Below are positions 30,114 through 40,248 of a DNA stretch of 64,000 bases, piece after piece. The stretch spans positions 191,183 through 255,182 of the forward strand of contig CACNSH010000002.1 in the NCBI GenBank assembly GCA_902622985.1, read 5' to 3'. Source of the stretch: an uncultured Pelagibacteraceae bacterium (GTDB lineage Bacteria; Pseudomonadota; Alphaproteobacteria; Pelagibacterales; AG-422-B15). The notes beneath the pieces were generated by a model. The model had not been told where the DNA came from and made no database searches. It was given only the letters and a program-made list of their open reading frames with translations. Made by a program: the position numbers and the translations under genes. The first letter of the stretch is position 1. Each line of letters starts with the position of its first letter.

Positions 30114-31097
30114 ATGTCTAATATTCAGATAAAGCATATATCTTGGGACTTAAACAAATCATTTACTATTTCTAGAGGCTCTAAAACTACAGCCGAAACA
30201 ATTGAAGTAAAGATAGAAAGTAATAATTTTTATGGTTATGGCGAATGTGTTCCTTATAAAAGGTATGATGAAACTATTGATAGCGTAACTTCGGAAATTT
30301 ACAAATTAAAACCAGATATTGAACAAGGTAATATCAACTTAACTAATCTCGATAGTTTCTTAAAAAATGGGGCAGCAAGAAATGCAATAGACTGTGCGAT
30401 GTGGGATCTCGAATGTAAGATGAAAAATACTTCGATTTGGAAATTAATGGGAGTAACAAAGCCAACTACATTACCTGGTAGCTATACCGTAGTTTTAGAT
30501 GAGCCAGAAAAAATGATAGAGGACGTTAGTAATCATCAAGAATTTCCAACATTAAAATTAAAAGTTAATAAAAACAATCTTCACGAAATCTTAACAAAAA
30601 CAAGAGAGCTTTCTCCAAATAAAGTAATAATCGTTGATGCTAACGAGGCATTCAATATAGATGACTTAAAATCAAACGCTGATTTATTTGTAAAAACAAA
30701 GATTGATTTAATAGAACAACCACTGTTATCTAAAAATGACAATGAGTTAAAAGGATTAAATTTTCCTGTTTCTATATGTGCAGATGAGTCATTTCATGAC
30801 AGTTCTGATTTGGCAAAAATGGCTCATAAATATAATACGATAAATATTAAACTCGACAAAACTGGCGGCCTTTCAGAAGCAGTAAAAATAGTCAAAGAAG
30901 CAAAAAAGTTAGATCTAAATATCATGCTTGGATGCATGGTCTCCAGTTCCTTATCAATGTTGCCGTTACTACCGCTATATGAACACGCAGATTTTATAGA
31001 TCTCGATGGACCTTGCTTTATAGCTAATGATAGAAAAAATGGACTTATTTATGAAAACGGTATGATGCTAGTTAAGGAAGATCTTTGTTGGGGTTAA
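30114..31097 (+). CDS. dgcA: N-acetyl-D-glutamate racemase / dipeptide epimerase family
   Basis: FTISRGSKT, GECVPY, GAARNA, KLK, DANE, EQP, ADES, NIKLDKTGG, GCM, DLDGP; start at ATG 30114. Confidence 0.85.
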   Translation: MSNIQIKHISWDLNKSFTISRGSKTTAETIEVKIESNNFYGYGECVPYKRYDETIDSVTSEIYKLKPDIEQGNINLTNLDSFLKNGAARNAIDCAMWDLECKMKNTSIWKLMGVTKPTTLPGSYTVVLDEPEKMIEDVSNHQEFPTLKLKVNKNNLHEILTKTRELSPNKVIIVDANEAFNIDDLKSNADLFVKTKIDLIEQPLLSKNDNELKGLNFPVSICADESFHDSSDLAKMAHKYNTINIKLDKTGGLSEAVKIVKEAKKLDLNIMLGCMVSSSLSMLPLLPLYEHADFIDLDGPCFIANDRKNGLIYENGMMLVKEDLCWG

Positions 31098-31098
31098 A

Positions 31099-31284
31099 CT
31101 ATTTTTCCGCTTTTGGTGTAAAGATTTTCTTTCCATTGTAAGTGCCGGTTGTCATATCAACATGATGAGAAAGTCTCATTTCACCAGACTCTTTATCTTC
31201 AATAAAATTTTTTCCCTTTAGACGTAAATGAGATCTTCTCATACCTCTTTTAGAATTCGATATCTTACTCTTTGGGACAGCCAT
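31099..31284 (-). CDS. rpmF: 50S ribosomal protein L32
   Basis: MAVPKSKIS.SKRGMRRSH. Confidence 0.96.
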   Translation of the reverse strand: MAVPKSKISNSKRGMRRSHLRLKGKNFIEDKESGEMRLSHHVDMTTGTYNGKKIFTPKAEK

Positions 31285-31295
31285 TTTATTTTCCT

Positions 31296-31760
31296 TTATA
31301 ATTTAGTTGGATTTGGTTCATCTCCGTAAACTTCATCAGGATCAAAAACTTTTTCTTCTGTGGTGAACCTTAATCCGGACTTATTTGCAGTATCTTCTAA
31401 GTCAATTTCACGGTAAAAACAAGACTTATAACCAACATGACAACTAGCGCCATTTTTTCCTATATCAACCTTCAAACAAAGGGCATCTTGATCATCATCA
31501 ATTAGGATTTCCTTTACTTTTTGAGTATATCCACTTTTAGCTCCTTTATGCCATAATGCATTTTGACTTCTGCTAAAGTAGAAAGCTTCTTTTGTTGTAA
31601 TAGTTTTTTCAAGTGCCTCTTCATTCATAAAACCTGTCATTAAAATTTCATTAGTTCTATAGTCAACTGTTGTAACAACTATCAAACCATTATCATCGAA
31701 TTTAGGGGCTAGTTCATTGCTCTCTTCAACTTGTTGTACTGATTGTCTTTTCTTAAACAT
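31296..31760 (-). CDS. hisI: Phosphoribosyl-AMP cyclohydrolase
   Basis: SRSQNALWHKG, DDDQD, SCHVGYKSCF. Confidence 0.94.
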   Translation of the reverse strand: MFKKRQSVQQVEESNELAPKFDDNGLIVVTTVDYRTNEILMTGFMNEEALEKTITTKEAFYFSRSQNALWHKGAKSGYTQKVKEILIDDDQDALCLKVDIGKNGASCHVGYKSCFYREIDLEDTANKSGLRFTTEEKVFDPDEVYGDEPNPTKL

Positions 31761-31834
31761 AATTTATACTTGTCAAATAATTTAGGGTGGGTTTAACTTA
31801 AAAAATTAAATAATTCAATTAATTAAACATAAAT

Positions 31835-32332
31835 ATGACAAACAATAAAGATCCTATAAAACCTGTCAGAGCCCAAGGCGCTAGGACAACGTTTTTCCCT
31901 CCTTATGCCCTAATGATTGGGTTGATAGCATCAAGCCTCCTTGACAGTTTTTTTATACATTTGCCTCTCTTTAAAGGAAGTATGATAGTTTTAATCATCG
32001 GATTAATTATTGCTGTTTCCTCTTTTTTAATGGCTATTTACACCTTAAAAATATTTTCTGACAATGAAGAAAACCCTCACCCAAAATCAGTTCAAAATCA
32101 ATTGTTTGTTGGTGGAACATTCAAATATTCAAGAAATCCAATTTACTTAGCAATGGTAATAATTCTATTAAGTTGCGGACTAGCATTCAACTCGTGGTGG
32201 TATGTAATTAGTGCGGCTATATCAATACCACTATTGACTTATGGAGTAATAATTCCAGAGGAAAAATATCTTGAAAAAGAATTCGGAAATGTTTACTTAG
32301 ACTACAAGAAGTCCGTCAGAAGATGGCTTTGA
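31835..32332 (+). CDS. Isoprenylcysteine carboxylmethyltransferase family protein
   Basis: TM helices; SRNPIY, EEKYL, FG..Y..YK..VRRWL. Confidence 0.88.
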   Translation: MTNNKDPIKPVRAQGARTTFFPPYALMIGLIASSLLDSFFIHLPLFKGSMIVLIIGLIIAVSSFLMAIYTLKIFSDNEENPHPKSVQNQLFVGGTFKYSRNPIYLAMVIILLSCGLAFNSWWYVISAAISIPLLTYGVIIPEEKYLEKEFGNVYLDYKKSVRRWL

Positions 32333-32354
32333 AATAACTTCATAAATTTTAAAT

Positions 32355-33584
32355 ATGTATAGTTTGCTTAAGGGAACGTGGGCCTTATTTTTTGGTGTTG
32401 CAATGATAATGCTTGCTAATGGGCTTCAAGGTAGCTTGATTGGAGTCAGAGCGGCAATCGAAGGGTACTCCGCTGCATCAGCAGGCATAATACTTACTGG
32501 ATATTATGCTGGATTCTTATCTGGAGCCCTCTTGATACCCCGTCGCATAAAAAGTGTTGGACATGTAAGAATGTTTGCAGCTCTTGCATCAATTGCTTCT
32601 ATCTCAATTCTCTTGCATTCAATTCATGTAAGTTTCTTTGGATGGTTTTTAATGCGTTTTATATCTGGAATGTGTTTTGTAGGCATGTACACCGTTGCAG
32701 AAAGTTGGATCAATGACCTTTCGGAAAATAATAATAGAGGTAAAGCCTTATCTATTTATATGATGGTTAGTATGGGTGGAAGTGCAGTAGGTCAGTTATT
32801 TCTGAATTTAGCAAATCCAGAAACCGCATCTTTATTCATGCTCGTTTCAATTCTAATTTCCATATCTCTCGTGCCAATATTAATTGTTGTAAGTAAACAG
32901 CCAGATTTCAGTGTTACTGAGTTTTTAAATGTCAGACAGCTTTATGAAGCATCGCCTCTTGGAGTAATTGCCGCTATGATGACGGGTTTGGCTCATGGAA
33001 CTCTTTGGGGTATCGGAACCATATATGGTTTAAAAAGTGGACTATCAATTGAGCAAGTATCAATTTTTATGTTTACATTTATTATTGGAGGAGCATTAAA
33101 TCAGTATCTTATCGGCTATTTATCAGATACATATGACAGAAGAACAATTATAGTAATTGTTGCTTTTTTAGCAGGTATCTTCTCTATTTTGGCTGTAATT
33201 TTCGGTAATACTTTTTCTGTTCTCGTAGCAATTACTTTCATATTTGGAGGTCTGACTGTGCCTCTTTATGCACTTTCGATTGCACATACAAATGACTTTT
33301 TGTCAAAAAGAGAGATGGTTGCAGCAAGCTCAGGGCTTCAACTAGCAGGAGGCATAGGCCTTACAATTGGACCTATCTTGGGAGGGCTGGCAATCGATAT
33401 AATTGGAGCTTCAGGTTTTTGGATATATTTATTCCTAATTCACGCAAGCCTAGGTTTGTTTGGGATATACAGAATGACTATCAGAACTGCTGTTCCACTA
33501 GAGGATCAAGGAAGCACTGTGCTTGTAAGCAGTAGAGCTTCGCCTGTTTCTATGGAATTGTATCCGGACGCTGAAGAGGATTAA
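32355..33584 (+). CDS. MFS transporter (YcaD-like)
   Basis: 12 TM; VGHVR, AESW, GYLSD.YDRR, AHTND. Confidence 0.88.
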   Translation: MYSLLKGTWALFFGVAMIMLANGLQGSLIGVRAAIEGYSAASAGIILTGYYAGFLSGALLIPRRIKSVGHVRMFAALASIASISILLHSIHVSFFGWFLMRFISGMCFVGMYTVAESWINDLSENNNRGKALSIYMMVSMGGSAVGQLFLNLANPETASLFMLVSILISISLVPILIVVSKQPDFSVTEFLNVRQLYEASPLGVIAAMMTGLAHGTLWGIGTIYGLKSGLSIEQVSIFMFTFIIGGALNQYLIGYLSDTYDRRTIIVIVAFLAGIFSILAVIFGNTFSVLVAITFIFGGLTVPLYALSIAHTNDFLSKREMVAASSGLQLAGGIGLTIGPILGGLAIDIIGASGFWIYLFLIHASLGLFGIYRMTIRTAVPLEDQGSTVLVSSRASPVSMELYPDAEED

Positions 33585-33585
33585 T

Positions 33586-34446
33586 TTAAATAGACTTCAA
33601 CCAATTATCTATATTTTCACTTATTTCGTCAGGTGAGTCTTCTTGAACAAAATGGTTGCCTTTTACAGTTGCTTCGGATTGATTTTTAAATTTTCTGCAA
33701 AATTCAATTAGTGGCTTTGGCATTAAACGGCCTGGCTCTGCAATGATTAAAAGTTTTGGTATTTCTGTCTCCATCATGAAAGATAGATTTTTTTTAACTT
33801 CTTCATGGACGTGCTTTGGTTCTTTATCAATTGGTATTTGTCGCGGCCAGTCCAAAGTTGGTCTTCTATCCTCCCCAGGATTAAGAAACGGTTTTCTATA
33901 AACAGCCATAGTTTCTTCACTTAGAGGAGTAATTGGATCTGTTCCCAACATTTTTTCGACAAAGAAATTTTCTTCTAAAACCTTTTTGTCACCTTTTTCG
34001 GACCTTAGCATCATAAATAAACTTTTAAGCGGTTCTTGCATTTCTTCAGATTTAATTGGCGCAATAACTGTTTCAAAATAACATATGCCTCTTACTTTAT
34101 CTGAATTCTCTCTCGCCCATTTAATACTTAATGGTCCTCCCCAGTCTTGTCCTACCAAGGTAATTTTTTCATTTAAATTTAGACTTTTTATTAATTCAGA
34201 TAAGTATTCAAAATGAGTGTCAAATGTATAAGTCATATGACCAGGATTATCTAACTTATCAGAGTCACCCATACCAATCATATCTGCCGCAATACATCTG
34301 TAACCACTATTTAAGTTTTTAATAATATTTCTATACAAATAGGATGAGCTTGGGTTTCCATGAAAGAAGATTATTGGATCACCTGTACCAACATCGACAT
34401 ATGCAATTTTTTTATTTTTATGAGTAAAAAATTTTTTTTCTGTCAT
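33586..34446 (-). CDS. Haloalkane dehalogenase
   Basis: HGNPSSSYL, DMIGMG, nucleophile GQDWGG, YFET, WPRQIP, GNHFVQEDSP. Confidence 0.9.
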   Translation of the reverse strand: MTEKKFFTHKNKKIAYVDVGTGDPIIFFHGNPSSSYLYRNIIKNLNSGYRCIAADMIGMGDSDKLDNPGHMTYTFDTHFEYLSELIKSLNLNEKITLVGQDWGGPLSIKWARENSDKVRGICYFETVIAPIKSEEMQEPLKSLFMMLRSEKGDKKVLEENFFVEKMLGTDPITPLSEETMAVYRKPFLNPGEDRRPTLDWPRQIPIDKEPKHVHEEVKKNLSFMMETEIPKLLIIAEPGRLMPKPLIEFCRKFKNQSEATVKGNHFVQEDSPDEISENIDNWLKSI

Positions 34447-35105
34447 TTTTTTATAAATGTACACCAATCTTCTGGTGATCTTCTATTAGTTTTATAATTG
34501 TTTAATGGCGAGGAAGCATCTCTGTATCCAATTGCCATGCCACAGAATAACATGAGATCAGAGTCAGCTTCAACAAATTCAGATACCATTTTCTGCCTAA
34601 GTGACCAAGATTCCTGTGCACAAGTATCAATTCCTTCTTCTTGAGCAAGTAGCATAAATGTCTGTAGGAACATTCCTAAATCTGACCACTGAGGTTGGTT
34701 CATCTGGCGGTCTACAAAACAGAATAATGCTGCTGGTGCACCAAAAAAAGTAAAATTTTTGAGCATTTGATCTACCCTTGCTTTCGAGTCTGATCTTTCA
34801 ATTCCAATAGAACCGTATAACTGTTCACCAACTTCAAACCGTGAAGTTCTATAAGGCTCTTTTAGTTTTGCAGGATAAATTGGGTACTCAGGTGTATCTG
34901 TGCCCTTCCATTTATCCTGAAATTCAAGAAAACGTTTCATCGAGTTTCCATTTATTATAAATATTCTCCAAGGCTGTAAGTTGCCTCCCGATGGGGATCT
35001 AGAAGACTTATAAATTAGGCTTTCTAGTATTTCATTCGATACCTGCTTTTTTGTAAAAGCTCTGACTGATTGGCGATTATTTACGGCCTCTGAAACGGTT
35101 GTCAT
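34443..35105 (-). CDS. Nitroreductase family protein
   Basis: RQSVRAF, SPSGGNLQPW, FFGAP, CGMAIGY. Confidence 0.92.
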   Translation of the reverse strand: MTTVSEAVNNRQSVRAFTKKQVSNEILESLIYKSSRSPSGGNLQPWRIFIINGNSMKRFLEFQDKWKGTDTPEYPIYPAKLKEPYRTSRFEVGEQLYGSIGIERSDSKARVDQMLKNFTFFGAPAALFCFVDRQMNQPQWSDLGMFLQTFMLLAQEEGIDTCAQESWSLRQKMVSEFVEADSDLMLFCGMAIGYRDASSPLNNYKTNRRSPEDWCTFIKK

Positions 35106-35233
35106 AATTTAATTTTTATTCTTTTTTTTTCATGAAGTTTTTTTTTATTTGCGACCTTTTTTGATCTAAACTTATCTGTCCTTAACTGTCTTGCAATAGG
35201 ATTACTTTTTAATTTACTTTTTTTCTTTTTCAT
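35102..35233 (-). CDS. 43-aa basic protein, ArfA-like (not in ORF track)
   Basis: MKKKKSKLKSNPIARQLRTDKFRSKKVANKKKLHEKKRIKIKL. Starts 3 nt after the SDR stop and overlaps the nitroreductase start (ATGA). Confidence 0.7.
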   Translation of the reverse strand: MKKKKSKLKSNPIARQLRTDKFRSKKVANKKKLHEKKRIKIKL

Positions 35234-35236
35234 TCT

Positions 35237-35992
35237 TTACAGAAGCACACTGCCTCCATCTACCATCAGGGTTTGTCCTGTAACGAATTTACTTTGATCA
35301 CTTGCAAGATAAAGAACAGTTCCATATATATCATCAACTTCAAGTGTCTTTTGTAATATCTGCCCTTTAGAAATAACCTCAAAACCACGTTCTGCTTTTT
35401 CTCCTAAAAATTCCTTTGCCGACTCGGTTCTTACCATAGATGGCGCTATTGCATTCACACGAATGTTATCTTTTCCCATTTCTCTCGCCATAACACGAGT
35501 TAGTCCAATCACGGCAGCTTTTGATGTAGCGTAATCTGCGGCATAAGGCATGCCGAATTTAGCTGCTAGAGAAGCGATATTTATTATTGAGCCACTTTTG
35601 TTTTCTCTCATTATTGGAGATATTGCTCTGCAGCAATTCCAAAGTCCTTTGACATTAACATTCATCGCTTTGTCCCATTGATCTGGATCAATATCTTCAA
35701 ATCGTGAGCTTTTTAATGCTCCATATAGTGCGGCGTTATTTACCAATACATCTATTTTAGAAAATTTATCAACAGCCTTCGCCATCATATTGTTGCATGA
35801 GTTTATATCTGTCACATCGAGATTTAGACTTAAAAATTTGTCTGTAACTTCGCTCACCTTTTTCTCTGTCTCAGAACAATCAGATATATCTGCAAAAATG
35901 ATATTCGCTTCTGCTTTCGCAAATTCAAGGACATATTTCTGTCCCAAGCCTCTTGCGGCACCTGTAACAATAATTGTTTTATCTTTGATCAT
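35237..35992 (-). CDS. Short-chain dehydrogenase/reductase
   Basis: TGAARGLG, NNAA, YATSK, VTGQTL. Confidence 0.92.
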   Translation of the reverse strand: MIKDKTIIVTGAARGLGQKYVLEFAKAEANIIFADISDCSETEKKVSEVTDKFLSLNLDVTDINSCNNMMAKAVDKFSKIDVLVNNAALYGALKSSRFEDIDPDQWDKAMNVNVKGLWNCCRAISPIMRENKSGSIINIASLAAKFGMPYAADYATSKAAVIGLTRVMAREMGKDNIRVNAIAPSMVRTESAKEFLGEKAERGFEVISKGQILQKTLEVDDIYGTVLYLASDQSKFVTGQTLMVDGGSVLL

Positions 35993-36509
35993 AAATATCT
36001 TCCAGCTCCTCCTTGCTCATTTCAAATAATATCTTCTTTACGATGTTATATGAAAAACCTGCTCTTGACAAAACTCCAAGCTCTCTCATTTTTATTTTTT
36101 CAGTAAGTTCATTTTTCCTATAAGGCCCTATAGATTTCTTTTTTGCTAACCTACAAGCGGCTATAAGATCAATATTTTTTACTGAATTTCTAATGTTCTG
36201 TATTGCATCAATAATTATATTATCCTTTACGTATAGTTCCTTAAGTTTGTATTCAATTTTTTTTAGTGACCAACCCTTATTTAGATAATTCCTGATTTTA
36301 CTCTCAGAAAATAGCTGATCATTAAGAATTTTTTGTCTTTCTAATGAAAAAATTATTTCATTGATAATTTCTTCTGAGTTAATACTTAAATGGCTATCTT
36401 TAACTTTTCGCCTTAGATAATTTCTTAAGTTTTCTGAGCTTGATGCGTATCTTTGTAAGTACCATAGAGCTTTTGACTCAATTTCAGTATAATTAGATTT
36501 ATTTTTCAT
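35979..36509 (-). CDS. recX: RecX family regulatory protein
   Basis: ALWYL.RY.SS..NLR.YL.RK, LND..F, L.RAGFSY. Confidence 0.8.
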   Translation of the reverse strand: MKNKSNYTEIESKALWYLQRYASSSENLRNYLRRKVKDSHLSINSEEIINEIIFSLERQKILNDQLFSESKIRNYLNKGWSLKKIEYKLKELYVKDNIIIDAIQNIRNSVKNIDLIAACRLAKKKSIGPYRKNELTEKIKMRELGVLSRAGFSYNIVKKILFEMSKEELEDIYDQR

Positions 36510-37635
36510 TAACTATCTGAATAATTTTTTCTGCTGCCATTATACTTGGTGTGCTTTGAGATTTGAGTTTCGCAGTAGCTTCACTTGCATTTGATAGAAC
36601 TTCTTGAAGGTAATCATTATCATCTAAAAATTTTTTTAAATAATGCATAATATTATCTTTATTGCTTTTACTTTGTAGCAGCTCAGGAATGATAAACTTC
36701 CCTTGTATAATATTAATTAAATTACCCATTCTAGTTTTAATAAGGAATTGCAGTATAAAATAGGTTACAGGATTGAATTTGTATGCTGTCACATATGGTG
36801 TATTAAAATATGAAACTTCTAAAGCTGCTGTCCCTGAGGTCACAATGCCAAGTTTTGCATGATAGTAATAAGAGTATTTAATATGCTCATCTAGAATTAT
36901 TTTTATTCTATTTTGTAAACCGAATTGACTTAAAATATCTTCTACATAAAAAATCATTTCTTTTGTAAGTGGCATTACAAGCTCATACTTGTCATCTAAC
37001 TTCATGGCCCTTATTACTTCTAAGTAAATTGGTAAAAGAGATACAACTTCCTTTTTTCTACTTCCCGGTAAAATTAAGAAAACTTCTCTGTCTCCCTCAT
37101 TAATTTGATTCTTTTTAAAGTTTTCAATATTAATCTCTGTTATCGGATGACCTACAAAAGTTGTCGGCACTTCATATTTCTCAAAAATTTTCTTCTCAAA
37201 GGGTAGAATTGTCAGCAAGTGATCTACTGATTTTTTTACTGTATGGACACGTCCAGGCCTCCATGCCCAAACGCTAGGAGCCACATAATGAAGAATTTTT
37301 AATTTATTGTTTCGTTTTTTTATCCGTTCAGCAATTCTCAATGTAAAATCCGGACTATCAACTGTGAAAATAATATCAGGATCAAGTTCAATAATTTGAT
37401 TAACCACTGATTTTATTATGTGATTTATTTTAAATATCTTAGGAATAACTTCAATTAATCCCATCACGTTAATTTCTGATATATCAAAAAATTTTTGAAT
37501 ACCCTCTTTTTCAAGGGCTCTTCCACCAATACCAAAAATTTTAAGAGGCTGATTTGAAATTTTTTTTAGTTCTTTTATGGCTGATGCGGCTAATTTATCG
37601 CCAGACTCTTCACCGGTTATTACTACAATCTTCAT
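36499..37635 (-). CDS. lpxB: Lipid-A-disaccharide synthase
   Basis: GEESGD, DSPDF, YVAPSVWAWR, FVGHP, LPGSR, SGT. Confidence 0.96.
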   Translation of the reverse strand: MKIVVITGEESGDKLAASAIKELKKISNQPLKIFGIGGRALEKEGIQKFFDISEINVMGLIEVIPKIFKINHIIKSVVNQIIELDPDIIFTVDSPDFTLRIAERIKKRNNKLKILHYVAPSVWAWRPGRVHTVKKSVDHLLTILPFEKKIFEKYEVPTTFVGHPITEINIENFKKNQINEGDREVFLILPGSRKKEVVSLLPIYLEVIRAMKLDDKYELVMPLTKEMIFYVEDILSQFGLQNRIKIILDEHIKYSYYYHAKLGIVTSGTAALEVSYFNTPYVTAYKFNPVTYFILQFLIKTRMGNLINIIQGKFIIPELLQSKSNKDNIMHYLKKFLDDNDYLQEVLSNASEATAKLKSQSTPSIMAAEKIIQIVNEK

Positions 37636-37676
37636 TTTACTATTTGATCTAATTGTTTATATTTATACCATTATAT

Positions 37677-38264
37677 ATGTCTAAAAACGTAACATTTTGC
37701 TTTGATTTTGGAAGTCCTTACTCCTACCTAGCCTACAATAATCTTAAAGTAATTAAAGACGAAGGAGCTGAAATTGAAATTATGCCTGTTCTGTTGGGAG
37801 GTATATTTAAGGCTACAGGAAATCAACCGCCTGCAACTGTCCAAAAAAAGGGGGAATATATGTTTAAAGATATTACTCGTTGGACAAAAACGCTCAATAT
37901 TCCATTTAAGATGAATCCCTATTTTCCAATATTAACAGTGCCTCACATGCGAGGGGCGGTCTTAGCCCAAAAAAATGATATTTTAGAAAATTACATGCAA
38001 GTTATGTTTGAGTCTATTTGGACAAAAGCAATGAATCTTAATGATCAGGAACTTCTGACCCAAGTCGCCACTGATTCTGGAATGGATGCAAACAGTTTTG
38101 CTGAAGGAATTTCAAGTGATGAAATTAAAAATAAATTAAGAGAGAATACTGAATTTGCTATTAATAAAGGAGCGTTTGGGGTACCAACATTTTACATTGA
38201 TGATGAAATGTATTGGGGCATTGACAGTATGAAATTTCTTGTTGAATATTTAAAAAATCAATAA
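37677..38264 (+). CDS. 2-hydroxychromene-2-carboxylate isomerase / DsbA-GST kappa family
   Basis: FDFGSPYSYL, LLGGIFKATGN, GAFGVPTF. Confidence 0.88.
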   Translation: MSKNVTFCFDFGSPYSYLAYNNLKVIKDEGAEIEIMPVLLGGIFKATGNQPPATVQKKGEYMFKDITRWTKTLNIPFKMNPYFPILTVPHMRGAVLAQKNDILENYMQVMFESIWTKAMNLNDQELLTQVATDSGMDANSFAEGISSDEIKNKLRENTEFAINKGAFGVPTFYIDDEMYWGIDSMKFLVEYLKNQ

Positions 38265-39077
38265 TCAGCCGTTATCCTCTTCATTATAATTACGAGCAAT
38301 AATAGCCCCTAAACCAGGGAAATATCTAGATATATATAATGCTATTTTTGGAAAGCTTATTCTAGGAACAATATAAGCTTCTCTTTTATTTGCCTCTATT
38401 GATTTAACAATCATTTCTGAGGCTTTATCCAAATCCATACCTTGACTTTCATGACCTCTATCGTTAGCACCATAAGGAGTGCCGTCTCCAGTTAAGGCTT
38501 TCATACCTATCTCAGTGTTAACAAATCCTGGAGCGACAGTATTAACTTTAATATTATGTTCATGAACTTCAGCTCGAAGCGAATCCATAAAGCCGTGCAA
38601 TGCATGTTTTGATGAAGCATAAACAGTTCTTTTTTTTGACCCAAATTTTCCAGACAAACTGGTGTTCGTTACTATCTGACCTTTTTTATTTGATATCATT
38701 TGTGGAAGCAAACACTTAGTTAATTTAACAACAGAGAGAAAATTTAGATTCATAACTTGTGTATAAACATTAAAATCTGTTTCATTTGCCGCTGAATATG
38801 CAGATACTCCAGCATTATTAAAGAGTATATCTATTGAACCAACCTCACGAGTAACCCTGTTCACTAAATCGTCAATGGACTCCAACTTCGAGAGATCGTG
38901 ATCATAAATATGCGCCTTTGCATTTCCACATTCTTTTTTTACTTCCTCTAATTTGTCTCTATTTCGCGCGGTTAATATTACTTCTGCACCTAATTTTGAT
39001 AACTTAATTGCAACTGATCGACCGATGCCGGATGAAGCGCCCGTAACCCAAATTCTTTTATTATGAAAATAGCTCAT
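38265..39077 (-). CDS. Short-chain dehydrogenase/reductase
   Basis: TGASSGIG, NNAG, YASSK. Confidence 0.92.
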   Translation of the reverse strand: MSYFHNKRIWVTGASSGIGRSVAIKLSKLGAEVILTARNRDKLEEVKKECGNAKAHIYDHDLSKLESIDDLVNRVTREVGSIDILFNNAGVSAYSAANETDFNVYTQVMNLNFLSVVKLTKCLLPQMISNKKGQIVTNTSLSGKFGSKKRTVYASSKHALHGFMDSLRAEVHEHNIKVNTVAPGFVNTEIGMKALTGDGTPYGANDRGHESQGMDLDKASEMIVKSIEANKREAYIVPRISFPKIALYISRYFPGLGAIIARNYNEEDNG

Positions 39078-39098
39078 AGAATTATATAATCTAACATT

Positions 39099-39572
39099 AT
39101 GAAACTAAGACTAGCAAGAAATAAAGACGGAAATCAAATAATCAACTTAATTAAAAGATGTTTTAAAGATTATAAAAATTGCTACCTTGATGTAGACAAC
39201 GACTCTCCAGAGTTAAGAGGTGTTTATTCTTACTTTAAAAATAAAAAAGGAAAGTTCTGGGTATATGTTGATAAAAATAAAATTATCGGATGCATGGGTT
39301 ATCTACCACATGAAAAAAATAACTTAGAAATACATAAGCTATATATAGATAAGAATTATCGAATGAAGGGCTTGGCAAAAAAACTAATGTTAAGGATTGA
39401 AAGTATTGCAAAGAAATATAAAAAAAGAAAGATAGTTCTATGGACTGATACTAGATTCAAGGAAGCTCACAAAATGTATAAAAAATTAAACTATAAAAAA
39501 ATGTCAAAAACAAGAAAGTTAAATGACATAAGCAAGACAACTGAATATGCCTTCCAAAAAATAATTAATTAG
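39099..39572 (+). CDS. GNAT family N-acetyltransferase
   Basis: KLYID..YR.KGLA acetyl-CoA motif; LWTDTRF..AH.MY. Confidence 0.85.
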   Translation: MKLRLARNKDGNQIINLIKRCFKDYKNCYLDVDNDSPELRGVYSYFKNKKGKFWVYVDKNKIIGCMGYLPHEKNNLEIHKLYIDKNYRMKGLAKKLMLRIESIAKKYKKRKIVLWTDTRFKEAHKMYKKLNYKKMSKTRKLNDISKTTEYAFQKIIN

Positions 39573-40248
39573 CTTTCACTGTTCCTAATTTTCTCTCCGC
39601 TAACCAAACAGCTAAAACTATAATGAAGTTGATAATTAAATATATTGATCCCGCTACTAAAAATATTTCAACAGGTGCATAGGTTTTTGAGATTATAGTT
39701 CGAGCTATTCCAGTAATTTCCATAAGCGTGATAATTGAGATCAAAGAACTGGCTTTAACCATTAATATCAACTCATTACCATAAGCTGGCAATGCTTGTC
39801 GTACAGTAATTGGTAGTGTAATTAGCAAAAATGTCTTAATTTTATTTAGTCCTAATGCTCCTGATGCTTCTATAAAATTCTTTGACACAGACAGGATACC
39901 TCCACGAATTATTTCTGAGGAATAAGCACCAGTGCTGATAGTCAGTGTGATGATACCACACCAATATGGCTCTTTTAAAATTGGCCACAATATACCCTCT
40001 CGAATAAATGAAAATTGTCCAAGACCATAGTAAACAAAATACAACTGCAGTAACAGTGGTGTCCCCCTGATTAAATAAACAAAATAATAAGCAGGAATTG
40101 ACATTGATTTTCTTCCAGAAATTCTCATCAATGCCACGATTATAGCTAATGCAAGTCCAAGTACTGTTGAAATAGAAACGACTTGTAATGTAAGAGGAAT
40201 ACCCTCAATTATTTTAAAAAACGACTCATACATTAATTCAAATCTCAT
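39565..40248 (-). CDS. Polar amino acid ABC permease (HisM/OccM-like)
   Basis: RGTPLLLQ, AYSSEIIRGG, ALPAYGNE. Confidence 0.92.
   Translation of the reverse strand: MRFELMYESFFKIIEGIPLTLQVVSISTVLGLALAIIVALMRISGRKSMSIPAYYFVYLIRGTPLLLQLYFVYYGLGQFSFIREGILWPILKEPYWCGIITLTISTGAYSSEIIRGGILSVSKNFIEASGALGLNKIKTFLLITLPITVRQALPAYGNELILMVKASSLISIITLMEITGIARTIISKTYAPVEIFLVAGSIYLIINFIIVLAVWLAERKLGTVKAN

Noticed and set aside
31099-31284. L32 without zinc-ribbon cysteines
   Set aside because: Common form in alphaproteobacteria.
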